Source: a virus (taxonomy: Duplodnaviria > Caudoviricetes). Taken from it: a stretch of 62,894 bases of DNA. Position numbers and translations under genes: made by a program. The stretch's first letter is position 1; each line of letters begins with the position of its first letter. Shown one piece after another: positions 41,104 to 49,837 of the stretch. The DNA lies in the IMG/VR virus record IMGVR_UViG_3300023283_000096, positions 1 through 62,894 of that record, one strand, 5' to 3'. The notes beneath the pieces are model-generated. The model ran no database searches and was not told where the DNA came from. It saw only the letters and a program-made list of their open reading frames with translations.

Positions 41104-41792
41104 CGCTTCGACTGTCGCCACTCGCGCACCTTTTCGGGCGAGCCCCAGCAGGCTGCCGGCAGGTGGTTGTAGACATACTTGGTAATGGCGTCGATGGCCG
41201 CGGCGTTTGACAAGTCTGCGCGGCTCATCGCACCCATCAGGTCGTTCTCGAGCACCGCCGTGACGAAGCCGCCAGGCAGCTGGCCGTACTCGGCCCACTC
41301 GTCCAGCGCCAGCCGGGTACGGTCGGGCAGGTCAGCATACTCGCCATCGGGATCTTCGGTATTTAAGTCAACCGAACGGGCGTGCTCGAAGAAAATCTCC
41401 GGGTTGCACCGGTACTCACATGTCAAGCTCTGTACGTATTCATCTTCCAGTTCTTCTCTGGTCATAATAGCTGCAACGCGCTCTGCCAGCTCTTCCATGT
41501 TTTCGTCGTCGTAGACAGGCGCATCTACGGGTACTGCCCATACACAGCCATCTTGATGCAGATAATACTCCGATTTGTAACCATGTAGCCGGGCATTGTC
41601 CAGTACGTCAGTCCAAACATTCCAATAGTCTTCATGTTCAGGACCTTGTTCGAGGATATCGTATTCATAATTTGCTACCCCTGAAACATCTCCTCGGTAG
41701 ATCTCTTTGGCGAAGCGCTGTGGAATGTAAATTCCACTAGCCTCATCGAACAAGAGCTCACTGTCGGGGGGCGCTACAAATTCATGCATCAT
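41100..41792 (-). CDS. Acidic hypothetical protein (probably multi-domain)
   Basis: GIYIPQRFA N-terminal part and PGGFVTAVLENDL...CWGS C-terminal part. Confidence 0.7.
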   Translation of the reverse strand: MMHEFVAPPDSELLFDEASGIYIPQRFAKEIYRGDVSGVANYEYDILEQGPEHEDYWNVWTDVLDNARLHGYKSEYYLHQDGCVWAVPVDAPVYDDENMEELAERVAAIMTREELEDEYVQSLTCEYRCNPEIFFEHARSVDLNTEDPDGEYADLPDRTRLALDEWAEYGQLPGGFVTAVLENDLMGAMSRADLSNAAAIDAITKYVYNHLPAACWGSPEKVREWRQSKR

Positions 41793-41799
41793 CGTTTTC

Positions 41800-42339
41800 C
41801 TATTCGAGTTCAGTCAGCTGGTTAGCACGAACAATATTTACGAACCATTGCGCCTGGTTCTGACAATCAGCAAGTGCGTCGTGCTTGTGTAAGTTATCAG
41901 GACGAAGTTCTTTCTGCGGGTCGAACGTCGCCGCCAGCGTGCGGAAACAGCGGTCGTTGTAATACTTGTGCCGTAACCGACGATCAAAGTTTTCAGCGAA
42001 GTGCTTGATCAGCACGTTGTCGAACGTCGCACCGTTGCCCCACAGCAGGTCGTCTTTCTTAAGTATTTCGTCGAGCTCGCTGAGCACACCGATCGGCGAC
42101 ATCGCCGCCTGTAGGAACGTAGACTCCTGGACTGCTTTTTCACGGTCGAACCACCACTGCAGCGTCGCTGCACTGATGGTCCGGCCTGCGTCAAGCTGCG
42201 GCTGCAGCGCCACGTTCCACATGCGTTCTGTAAGCACACCCTTAGCAAGCGCGAATCTCACTACTGCCATCGAGGCAATGACCGCTGTAGGCCGCGTATC
42301 CAGGGTCTCGATGTCTATCATTACATGCGTCTTACTCAT
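41800..42339 (-). CDS. 3'-5' exonuclease (DEDDh)
   Basis: MIDIETL, WGNGATFDNV, RCFRT and HDALADC motifs. Confidence 0.85.
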   Translation of the reverse strand: MSKTHVMIDIETLDTRPTAVIASMAVVRFALAKGVLTERMWNVALQPQLDAGRTISAATLQWWFDREKAVQESTFLQAAMSPIGVLSELDEILKKDDLLWGNGATFDNVLIKHFAENFDRRLRHKYYNDRCFRTLAATFDPQKELRPDNLHKHDALADCQNQAQWFVNIVRANQLTELE

Positions 42340-42637
42340 CGTCTTCCTCTTCGTTAATGTCGATTACATCGTGCGGCACCAGCGCCATCATGAGCAGCAC
42401 GTTTTCGTGCTTGGGCTTGACAGCCAGGTACGAGGCCGCGCCCAGCGATTCAAACTCGTCGAAGCCGGCTGTCATCTCCATGTCGTTCTCGTCGAGGAAG
42501 CTGGCGAAGCCTTCGAGGAAGGCACTGGTCACACGGCGGGCTTTGTCCGTGTTGCCTCGGTCAGTCGGGTTGTCGTAGCGAGCCAAGCTGAAACCTACGG
42601 ACGAGCCGAGCTTCTTGATCTTGTCGTTTATGGTCAT
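42332..42637 (-). CDS. Hypothetical protein
   Basis: AGGAG RBS, coupled. Confidence 0.65.
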   Translation of the reverse strand: MTINDKIKKLGSSVGFSLARYDNPTDRGNTDKARRVTSAFLEGFASFLDENDMEMTAGFDEFESLGAASYLAVKPKHENVLLMMALVPHDVIDINEEEDDE

Positions 42638-42855
42638 TCGGGTCTCCTGAGAATTATGATTGTGTGGCCATGGACCTTGAGCTTTTTGGCCACCTCGAAC
42701 TTCTTCTGCGCCAGATCCTGCTTGACCAGATCACCGAGAAGATTCGGCAGGCTCGTCGTCCGCACAATCTTGTAGGGCTCGATCGTCTTGGTATGCAGAC
42801 CGGCTTCGCCGCGGCCCATGCGCTGGATGGTCTCTTTGATGTCGTTGGTTTTCAA
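42634..42855 (-). CDS. Hypothetical protein
   Basis: 73 aa, TTG start, fills the gap. Confidence 0.5.
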   Translation of the reverse strand: MKTNDIKETIQRMGRGEAGLHTKTIEPYKIVRTTSLPNLLGDLVKQDLAQKKFEVAKKLKVHGHTIIILRRPE

Positions 42856-42864
42856 GGCGCCGCG

Positions 42865-42942
42865 CTAGCTCAAACTTTTTACGAAAGAGACGATCAACAG
42901 CGTCAAGTCCAGAATAAACAAAAGAAAGGGAAATATGGACAT
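42865..42942 (-). CDS. 25-aa hydrophobic micropeptide
   Basis: AGGAG RBS; MSIFPFLLFILDLTLLIVSFVKSLS. Confidence 0.45.
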   Translation of the reverse strand: MSIFPFLLFILDLTLLIVSFVKSLS

Positions 42943-42969
42943 GGTTCAGTCTCCTATACCATTTGTAGT

Positions 42970-43392
42970 TCATGAGTTCAAGTAATTTACGATGTCCTGG
43001 ACGATCTGCTTCTTGGAGCGGATATACGACCTCCCGGTTGGGAACAGTCGTTGCTCGTTGCCTACGCTCATGAAAGTAAACATGGCATAGCTGTATGAGC
43101 CGTAGAAAACGAGCAGAAAGTATTTTTTATTATTGTTGATTCGGCGGATCGCCCAGTTCTTTTGAAGCTCGGACATTTTGTTAATGGCCGGCTCTGGCGA
43201 GACCACATCGCCAGGCGTCGCACTCTTCCGTTCGATGTACTTGGCCTCAGCCCAGGCCTCACCAAGCGGGTTTTCCAAGAACAGATCGGGTGTTCCCCCA
43301 CGGTAGATATTGTGGGTCTTTTCAGTGTAGACGTTTTCAGCCAGCAGCGGCGGTTGCAGCCGCTTGATGCCGGCATTTTCAGGTTTCGACAT
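42970..43392 (-). CDS. PD-(D/E)XK nuclease (VRR-NUC/resolvase-like)
   Basis: GTPDL...WAEAK...SELQKNW. Confidence 0.7.
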   Translation of the reverse strand: MSKPENAGIKRLQPPLLAENVYTEKTHNIYRGGTPDLFLENPLGEAWAEAKYIERKSATPGDVVSPEPAINKMSELQKNWAIRRINNNKKYFLLVFYGSYSYAMFTFMSVGNEQRLFPTGRSYIRSKKQIVQDIVNYLNS

Positions 43393-43409
43393 ACCAGTTC
43401 TCCGTAGTC

Positions 43410-43439
43410 AAAAAAGCCGGGGCGATGTTCTGCCCCGGC
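43410..43439 (-). terminator. Rho-independent terminator
   Basis: GCCGGGGC stem followed by T6 on the - strand. Confidence 0.8.
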
Positions 43440-43457
43440 GCTCCACACCACATGGAG

Positions 43458-44027
43458 TTACTCGGTCAGCTTCTCGAGCTCAGCCTCGAGCTTGGCCACG
43501 TGACCGTGCTGTGCCTCAGCAGCCGCGGTAGCCTTGTCCGCGAAGCGGCTGAGCTTCGTCGACAGCTGCTTGGCCGTGCGGATCTCGGCCTTGAGCTGGG
43601 CGAGCCTTTCTTTCTCGCCGGATTCTTCGGCGATACTGGTCAGCTCGTCGCGCAGCGTGCCGAGTGGATCGCTGCCCACCTTCGGTGCTCGTGGCTTGCG
43701 CTTGGAGCCGAACTTGGGACCACGCTTCTTCTTCGGCGGCTCAGGCTTCGACTCGGGTTTCGATTCGGGCTCCGACGCTTCGTCGTCGCCGTCTTCGTCA
43801 GCGAACAGATCGTCTTCAGACTTCGTAGGCTTCGAGGTGGCCTTCTTCTTGGCAGCCTTCTTTTTTGAAGCCTTCTTCTTTGAGGTCTTCTTCTTCTTGG
43901 CCGGCAACGGTGCCTCGTCTTCGTCGTCATCTTCGAGGCTCGCCAACGGGTCGTTCTCGTCTATTGTTTCACCTTCTTCAGCCTCGTCTTCCCAGTCATC
44001 ACCCAGCAGTTCATTGAGATCTACCAT
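43458..44027 (-). CDS. Acidic / Lys-rich low-complexity protein
   Basis: Acidic blocks, KKKASKKKAAKKKA, KKKRGPK, C-terminal coiled coil. Confidence 0.7.
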   Translation of the reverse strand: MVDLNELLGDDWEDEAEEGETIDENDPLASLEDDDEDEAPLPAKKKKTSKKKASKKKAAKKKATSKPTKSEDDLFADEDGDDEASEPESKPESKPEPPKKKRGPKFGSKRKPRAPKVGSDPLGTLRDELTSIAEESGEKERLAQLKAEIRTAKQLSTKLSRFADKATAAAEAQHGHVAKLEAELEKLTE

Positions 44028-44029
44028 TC

Positions 44030-44311
44030 CTACTCTCCTTTCAAGTCAAAATATGCCTTCACCAACTCAGAGGCTCTGCCGAACATGCGTTGTTTCAGGC
44101 GGTTGAGTACAGACACGCGGTTATACGTGTCCTTTTCGTACTTGTAGGCCACGTAAGCCTCGGCTATTGTCAGCTTTTGTACGTGACTGCGTACTCGTAC
44201 AGCTGATCTGAGCGTCTTGGTAACCAGATCCTTGCGCACGCCTTCAGCCGAGCCGAGGAAGTTGTCGACAACATCGAAATCAATGTCGTCGACTTTCCGG
44301 TGCCCGCGCAT
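44030..44311 (-). CDS. Hypothetical protein
   Basis: 93-aa ORF tightly packed in the operon. Confidence 0.65.
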   Translation of the reverse strand: MRGHRKVDDIDFDVVDNFLGSAEGVRKDLVTKTLRSAVRVRSHVQKLTIAEAYVAYKYEKDTYNRVSVLNRLKQRMFGRASELVKAYFDLKGE

Positions 44312-44312
44312 C

Positions 44313-44993
44313 TCATTGCTCCTCGCGTGGCGCAGGTTCGGTCAGCAGCATCTGCGTGGCCTGGTCCATGTTCTGCACATAGATGGGCAACTCGTCTTTG
44401 GGCACTTTGCGTGCCGCGGCGAACGTGAACTTGTCGTAGGCCACGTTGTCGTCGAAGCCCAGCCGCGTGACCACTTGAATTTCCTGGTAATCACGAGAAT
44501 TGAGCAGGTCGACGTAAGTTTTCCAGTTTTTCAGCGCAGTCGGGCTGATGCTGACGACATAGACCTGGCTTTCGGGGCCGGCTTCGGCGATCTGGACGGC
44601 CAGGTCGACCTGGTTCTTGCACGCCTTGGCATTGCCGTTGCCGCTGCCGAACTGATTCGCCCAGCACGTGGCGCAGACGTCGTTTTGCTTCTCCGGGCTG
44701 TTGTCGCTCGGCGTCATGGTGCTCACAGACTGCCCCACGGCGAAGCACACAGGCTTCTGGGCCACGTTGGGGTTGTAGTCGTCCTTGAAGTAACTGTAGT
44801 GGTACGCCCAGTCCAGCACGACGACTTCGAGGTTGTTCTTGACCAGCTCGTCGTTCGGCGGGATCGTGAACGTGCGGTTCTTGGTTCTGATCCGCAGTAC
44901 ACCGCCGCTGCCGCCAAGACCGGCCAGACGATCGACCATGTTTTCGCGGCGGGCAGCCAGCTTTTGCTGGACAGAGGTCATTTCGGTACTCAT
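44313..44993 (-). CDS. Putative ssDNA-binding/recombination protein
   Basis: PVCFA...CATCWANQFGSG.GNAKACKN motif seen in phage replication modules. Confidence 0.55.
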   Translation of the reverse strand: MSTEMTSVQQKLAARRENMVDRLAGLGGSGGVLRIRTKNRTFTIPPNDELVKNNLEVVVLDWAYHYSYFKDDYNPNVAQKPVCFAVGQSVSTMTPSDNSPEKQNDVCATCWANQFGSGNGNAKACKNQVDLAVQIAEAGPESQVYVVSISPTALKNWKTYVDLLNSRDYQEIQVVTRLGFDDNVAYDKFTFAAARKVPKDELPIYVQNMDQATQMLLTEPAPREEQ

Positions 44994-45011
44994 ATACTTG
45001 GTCTCCTTGGT

Positions 45012-45392
45012 TCAGGACAGTTTGCGAAGACTGATTGTCTTCTTCTCATATGGCTCGAGGCCAGGCACGCCGCGCGGGCGCTCTTCAAGCAGCTCCCGGA
45101 ATCGCCCGACGTGAACGCGGCGCTGAAGCAGCTGAATTTCTTTGTGGCGCAGAATAAAGCGGTCGGTCTTTTCCCAGTCACGTGCTATAGGTTCGATGGA
45201 AGTGTTGATGGACGCAGAGGCCAGCGAGCCTTCGCCCTTACGGGTGTTCTGCTGGTCCAGGGCGTCGAAGAGCATCTGCTCGATCTCTCGCTGTTTGTGG
45301 CTCATTGCGTCGGCTTGTTTCTGAAAGGCCTTCTTTTTCTCGCGGGCGCGGTACATCGCGTCGATCAGTTGACCGATGGTCGGCTTTGACAT
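45012..45392 (-). CDS. Conserved phage coiled-coil protein
   Basis: DWEK...LLQRRV...VPGL; AGGAG RBS; first gene after a promoter. Confidence 0.65.
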   Translation of the reverse strand: MSKPTIGQLIDAMYRAREKKKAFQKQADAMSHKQREIEQMLFDALDQQNTRKGEGSLASASINTSIEPIARDWEKTDRFILRHKEIQLLQRRVHVGRFRELLEERPRGVPGLEPYEKKTISLRKLS

Positions 45393-45417
45393 CTCGTTCT
45401 CCTTGTCTTCGGTGGCT

Positions 45418-45447
45418 AAGTTATCACGATTACACGTCGTGTGTCAA
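45418..45447 (-). promoter_or_regulatory. Sigma70-type promoter
   Basis: TTGACA-18 nt-TAACTT with extended -10 TGn. Confidence 0.65.
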
Positions 45448-45460
45448 GGGTAGATCTTGC

Positions 45461-45658
45461 TTATTTTCCTAGATCGTCTTCCAACTGGTCGGTAGTAACA
45501 CCGTCTTTGTAAAGTCCGACCATTCCGTCCGTGATGATGCTCTGCGGATCAATTACCGGCACTTCGGCACCGTCTTCAAATAGCGCTGTGTATTCGCCGT
45601 TTCGTCTCCAGCGCATCTTGATACGCTGGATCAGCCGCTGGATTTCTGACTTGGTCAT
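45461..45658 (-). CDS. Hypothetical protein
   Basis: AAGGAG RBS, 65 aa. Confidence 0.6.
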   Translation of the reverse strand: MTKSEIQRLIQRIKMRWRRNGEYTALFEDGAEVPVIDPQSIITDGMVGLYKDGVTTDQLEDDLGK

Positions 45659-45816
45659 TACTTGACTCCTTCGAGAATTTTCTTCGCCCGCCGTTTATCA
45701 ACGCCGTCTACGATCACGTAGGCCAGCAGCGCGAGTGCCAGTTTATTTGGCCTGTGCTTGCGACGCTCCCTATCGCGCAGACGGCGGGCTTGTATCTTCT
45801 GGTCAATCGTGCTCAT
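45658..45816 (-). CDS. Small basic protein (52 aa, not in ORF track)
   Basis: AGGAG RBS; MSTIDQKIQARRLRDRERRK...; TAATG coupling. Confidence 0.55.
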   Translation of the reverse strand: MSTIDQKIQARRLRDRERRKHRPNKLALALLAYVIVDGVDKRRAKKILEGVK

Positions 45817-45845
45817 CGCATTTGATCTCCTGCGCGGCGGATCGT

Positions 45846-45959
45846 TTAATCTCGCTTTCCACGCCGATCTTCGATCCAGTCGTATGTGAACGCAATTAAC
45901 GCGGCACCGAATGCGATCCCGGCCCCGATTCCAAATCCATATATGAATGCTTCAATCAT
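45846..45959 (-). CDS. 37-aa single-TM peptide
   Basis: AAGGAG RBS; MIEAFIYGFGIGAGIAFGAALIAFTYDW. Confidence 0.5.
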   Translation of the reverse strand: MIEAFIYGFGIGAGIAFGAALIAFTYDWIEDRRGKRD

Positions 45960-46272
45960 CGCTCTGCTCCTTGTGCTCGGCTAAGATCTCGTCAATACCC
46001 CGGAGGTCCGTCAGATCGTACCCCATCGACTTCGGAAAAGTCGAAATTGTCGCGCGCGCCCTCTCCAGCGCCCCCGCCAGCCGCCTCTCGCGCTTTCCTG
46101 CGAGGTCGGCTCTGGATTTCCAGACCTCCCACGCAAGGGCTACCCCAGAGTCTTTGTACTGTCCGTACCATGCATAGTGTCGTTCGTCGTCTGGCCAACG
46201 TTCGACACTACGCTCAAACGGCGGAGAGCTGATAAAGGCTTCGAATTTATCGCGTTCAGTATCATGCATCAT
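45952..46272 (-). CDS. Hypothetical phage protein
   Basis: RDKFEAF...GQY...AWEVWK; coupled. Confidence 0.65.
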   Translation of the reverse strand: MMHDTERDKFEAFISSPPFERSVERWPDDERHYAWYGQYKDSGVALAWEVWKSRADLAGKRERRLAGALERARATISTFPKSMGYDLTDLRGIDEILAEHKEQSDD

Positions 46273-46546
46273 CGCCTGCCTCCTGTACCATTTTGTCGAA
46301 CTTCCTCAGCACGACCTGCTCAATCATGTCTGAGAAATTCTCAGCCGTGACGTCCTCGCCCAGCTCCTGCCGAACCACATATACCATGTCGGCATCGTAG
46401 GCGGCCTCGTCGGCATTTAGCCCATCAAAGGCTTCGAAGTGCTCGACGAGGGCTGAGAGCAGCCTGGAGATGTAGTCATCGCGCAGATCCGCCTCGCGCT
46501 GAGCGGCGTCGAGTAGTTCACTGCCTGTCAGGTTGGAGTAGGTCAT
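46262..46546 (-). CDS. Hypothetical protein
   Basis: 94-aa coupled ORF. Confidence 0.65.
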   Translation of the reverse strand: MTYSNLTGSELLDAAQREADLRDDYISRLLSALVEHFEAFDGLNADEAAYDADMVYVVRQELGEDVTAENFSDMIEQVVLRKFDKMVQEAGDDA

Positions 46547-47157
46547 TCCCGAGCCCTCTCACGAATAGGTTCAGCAAAATCCTCGAACTGGTGCCAGACC
46601 AGCTGGGCGACCTCGTCGTGCGTGACCAATGTATGGGCGCCGTCGAACCAGTCGAGGTACCAAAACTCGATCTTGTAAGGTTGGTAATCAATGCCGACGT
46701 AGAACCGGATCTCTTCGGACGGACCGCCCCAGCTGATCTGGTAGCGGAAGTAACCTTGCTCCTGATCCTCGAACGTGCCAGGCTCAACATAGTCGAACGC
46801 GAGGCCGTACTCGTTGAATGCCTCATAGCCTGCTTCGCGGATGTCGGACTCGTAGTCGTCGAAGATGACTTCCAGTACATCTTCTAATACGGCTTCGTCC
46901 CATTGATCCCGGTTTGCTGGGTCATGTGGCAGTTTACCTAGAGGTACATTAATATATCCTTGTAGATCGTCTCGGCATAATGTGAACACGCTATACTCGC
47001 CGAGGCAGATGTTAAAATCCTGCAGCGTGGTATCAAACGTCTCGATAGTCAGATCGTAGTAGCTCGGGTCAAGCATCGCGCGCAGGTCGTCGCGCCTGGA
47101 CGCCCAGGCATCTTGTACCCGCTCGGCACACGTCGGTTGTCTTTCAGGTTCGTTCAT
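46543..47157 (-). CDS. Acidic conserved phage protein
   Basis: YFRYQISWGGPSEEIRF...YLDWFDGA; AGGAG RBS. Confidence 0.7.
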   Translation of the reverse strand: MNEPERQPTCAERVQDAWASRRDDLRAMLDPSYYDLTIETFDTTLQDFNICLGEYSVFTLCRDDLQGYINVPLGKLPHDPANRDQWDEAVLEDVLEVIFDDYESDIREAGYEAFNEYGLAFDYVEPGTFEDQEQGYFRYQISWGGPSEEIRFYVGIDYQPYKIEFWYLDWFDGAHTLVTHDEVAQLVWHQFEDFAEPIRERARE

Positions 47158-47169
47158 GCTGTTTTACTC

Positions 47170-49083
47170 CTATGGTTTCACGTAGTGTGGGCTGATCTCG
47201 CCCTCTGCAGCCAGCGGACAATGTTCGTTCCAGCGTGGCGGAATCGACATGATCTCCAACGCATCGCGCAAGCACTTGTCGGCTTTGTTCGTCGGCACGC
47301 ACATGACGATCTCATCGTGGGCCATCATGACCACTCGGTAATACCGAGCCAGCTTCATCATATGTTCGGTAGTCATGATGCGTGTACGGCATTGTGTGTT
47401 GTGCTCCAGCTGCTTACCCCCGTATAGTTTCTCCCGTACAGGTTTCTTATATTGCTTATGGTACGGCCAGTACTCAAATTCGGGCGTGCCAAAATCTGGA
47501 TGGATCTTGTAAGTCAAACCCGGGTAGTGCAACCGAAGCCCGTTTGGCATCAGCACCGTACCACCGGGTTCGATAACCATATTCTGGTGTTCAACCCGTT
47601 GGCCATTGTCGAGCATATTTGGGATCAGACTTTGCAGAACCGACCAGTGTTGCTTGATTTTGTAGTTCTTGGTACGGAACGTATTGATCGCCTGCTGGGC
47701 CTCCTGCATCGAAATCTTCATTGGCGGACCCATCATGCCAACCTCGAGCGTCATCTGGAACTTCGCAGCCCCCATCTGGTAACCAGCGCCGAGTACTGCG
47801 GTTTTACCTACGAAGCGCTGGTCTTTTGTGACTTCTTCGGGCGGTAGTCGATAAATTTGTGCAGCCATTTTTCGATAAGGGCTAGGCACGTTACCTTTGC
47901 CTAACCGATCATATTCTCTGAACTCGTCGCATAGATCCCACTGCTCGCTTGAAGCAGCGCAATCCCGCGCCTCGATCTGCGAGGCGTCTACGATAACCAA
48001 CACATGGCCTTTCGGTGCAGTCAGACAATTACGTAGTCGTCCATCACGAGGCAGATTCTGGCTGTTCACCTTGTCCGTTCCGCCCCAACGCATCGTATGG
48101 GCCGAGCAATACATTAACCCGATCGGCATGGGCCGGTCGGCGCGTTCAAGCAGCGCCTTGGCACGCGTCTCGTTGATCGAAGACTTCGAGCGCAGCCTGG
48201 CCTGCATGAACGCCGAGAGCTTTGGATCGTCGCTCTTGATAAGCCGCTGAAACGGCAGGTCTGCCTGGGCAAAGGCCGGGACTTCTTTTTCCTGCTTCTC
48301 CGACCACTTCATCGGTACTTCGAACCCGGTGCCCTCGAGTAGCGCGGCGAACTTGTCGTTGCTGCGCACGATCTCGCCCATGATCTCGATGCGCTCGGGC
48401 GTGGGCTCATATCCAAGCTGCTTGATGGCTTCGACTCGTGTTGAGCGCTTGATCTCCTGCTCCTCGTCAACGACAGCTTGAGCTTTCTCAGCGTCTATGA
48501 TAAGCATCGGTTCGATGAACATGCGCAGCGTCAGGTCGATAACCTTGAGCTCAAAGGCCGGGAACTGTTCGAGCTGTATCCGGGCAATGTGCTCGGTGGC
48601 CGCGACGTCTGTGTCGTTGTAGACCTGCAGCGCATGGCGCTCGTCGGCGTCGAGATCGTGCCAGTACTTACCCTTGATATCCGGCATCTCGATTTTGGGC
48701 TGTGGAGCGCCGTACTTCTCTGACAGGAACTTGAGATCGAGTGGGCCTTCGTGTGAGTCGAGCGCCTGGCCCATGCACAGCGTGTCGACCATGAAACCTG
48801 CGACAAAGTTGTAGTGGATCATGGCTACATAGGCGTCGAAGTACAGGTTGTGCCCACACAGCACGATGCGATCCTGTACCGGGCGCAGCTTGTCAAAGAA
48901 CTTCTTTACAGCCTTCGGCCCGCCGACGAACTTCGGCGCGGCCATATCCGGTGTCTTGTACGACAGACTCAGTACTTCGAAGTCCGGATGCGTGACATAC
49001 TGGGACCCGGCAAGCTTCTTGATGTTGCAATCCTTGCCGAAGAAAGCTTCAAAGTCGAGTACAAGGAAGATCTTATTCGGCAC
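47170..49083 (-). CDS. polA: DNA polymerase family A with 3'-5' exonuclease
   Basis: Exo motifs LDFEA, GHNLYFD, YNDTD; polymerase motifs DASQIEAR, RFVGKTAVLGAGY, AHDEIV. Confidence 0.95.
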   Translation of the reverse strand: MPNKIFLVLDFEAFFGKDCNIKKLAGSQYVTHPDFEVLSLSYKTPDMAAPKFVGGPKAVKKFFDKLRPVQDRIVLCGHNLYFDAYVAMIHYNFVAGFMVDTLCMGQALDSHEGPLDLKFLSEKYGAPQPKIEMPDIKGKYWHDLDADERHALQVYNDTDVAATEHIARIQLEQFPAFELKVIDLTLRMFIEPMLIIDAEKAQAVVDEEQEIKRSTRVEAIKQLGYEPTPERIEIMGEIVRSNDKFAALLEGTGFEVPMKWSEKQEKEVPAFAQADLPFQRLIKSDDPKLSAFMQARLRSKSSINETRAKALLERADRPMPIGLMYCSAHTMRWGGTDKVNSQNLPRDGRLRNCLTAPKGHVLVIVDASQIEARDCAASSEQWDLCDEFREYDRLGKGNVPSPYRKMAAQIYRLPPEEVTKDQRFVGKTAVLGAGYQMGAAKFQMTLEVGMMGPPMKISMQEAQQAINTFRTKNYKIKQHWSVLQSLIPNMLDNGQRVEHQNMVIEPGGTVLMPNGLRLHYPGLTYKIHPDFGTPEFEYWPYHKQYKKPVREKLYGGKQLEHNTQCRTRIMTTEHMMKLARYYRVVMMAHDEIVMCVPTNKADKCLRDALEIMSIPPRWNEHCPLAAEGEISPHYVKP

Positions 49084-49273
49084 GATTTAGCCCGCTTTCA
49101 TGGCCCAGTATGTAGTTATACAAGGCATCTAAATCCTTGAAAACTGCTTCAAGCTGATTGCTCGAAGATCTATACAGTTCGAATGAATACCCCATGAGCT
49201 TTATATAAAATCCGAGCTCTCCTGCTTTTCTAACGCAAAAACGATATCTTAAAATTTGCTGTACGTCGTTCAT
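49073..49273 (-). CDS. 66-aa AT-rich protein, paralogue 1
   Basis: AGGAGG RBS; 17/66 ungapped identity to 49385-49585. Confidence 0.7.
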   Translation of the reverse strand: MNDVQQILRYRFCVRKAGELGFYIKLMGYSFELYRSSSNQLEAVFKDLDALYNYILGHESGLNRAE

Positions 49274-49395
49274 ACAAACCTCCTGATCTCAGTGGCTATA
49301 CTATGAAGCCGATTTGCGACTTCGATGGGATCGTCTTCCGGCAGTGGCTTTTTCGACGGTGATCGTTCGACCGTAAGGAAGATCTTAGCTGGCGT
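49270..49395 (-). pseudogene. Chimeric relic: polA 5' remnant fused to a duplicated 3' end of gene 49582-49749
   Basis: Reads TPAKIFL (polA starts MPNKIFL) then KPLPEDDPIEVANRLHSIATEIRRFV; no valid start codon. Confidence 0.65.
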
Positions 49396-49585
49396 GGTTT
49401 CTTCCATCTCGATAACCGACTAGATAATGGTGCAATGTATTGAAGTTGTCAAAACTATGTACTATTGCGCCATTCATAGCAGTTCTTAGATAGATAGTAG
49501 TATTGTTGCTATCTATTATGAATCCAAAATATTCTGCAAATTCGTCGCAAATACGCAGCTTATTGATTGCTTCCGCGTCACTCAT
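49385..49585 (-). CDS. 66-aa AT-rich protein, paralogue 2
   Basis: AGGAGG RBS; paralogue of 49073-49273. Confidence 0.7.
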   Translation of the reverse strand: MSDAEAINKLRICDEFAEYFGFIIDSNNTTIYLRTAMNGAIVHSFDNFNTLHHYLVGYRDGRNHAS

Positions 49586-49749
49586 ACGAACCTCCTGATT
49601 TCAGTGGCTACACTATGGAGCCGATTTGCGACTTCGATGGGATCGTCTTCCGGCAGTGGTTTGTGAATGACGATTGCTCGACCTTTGTGTTCGAACCGAA
49701 TAACGAGGGTCACGATCTTTTTGTCGGGGGTTTTCTTGAATGTGATCAT
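49582..49749 (-). CDS. Hypothetical protein (55 aa)
   Basis: MITFKKTPDKK...; 3' 81 nt duplicated at 49270-49350. Confidence 0.55.
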   Translation of the reverse strand: MITFKKTPDKKIVTLVIRFEHKGRAIVIHKPLPEDDPIEVANRLHSVATEIRRFV

Positions 49750-49837
49750 CTTTCTGTACGTACCTGTAAATGGAGTTGAGTTTAAGAACAATGCCGATTG
49801 TCAGGCTTGCAATCTGTAATACCTTTACCCACATAAT

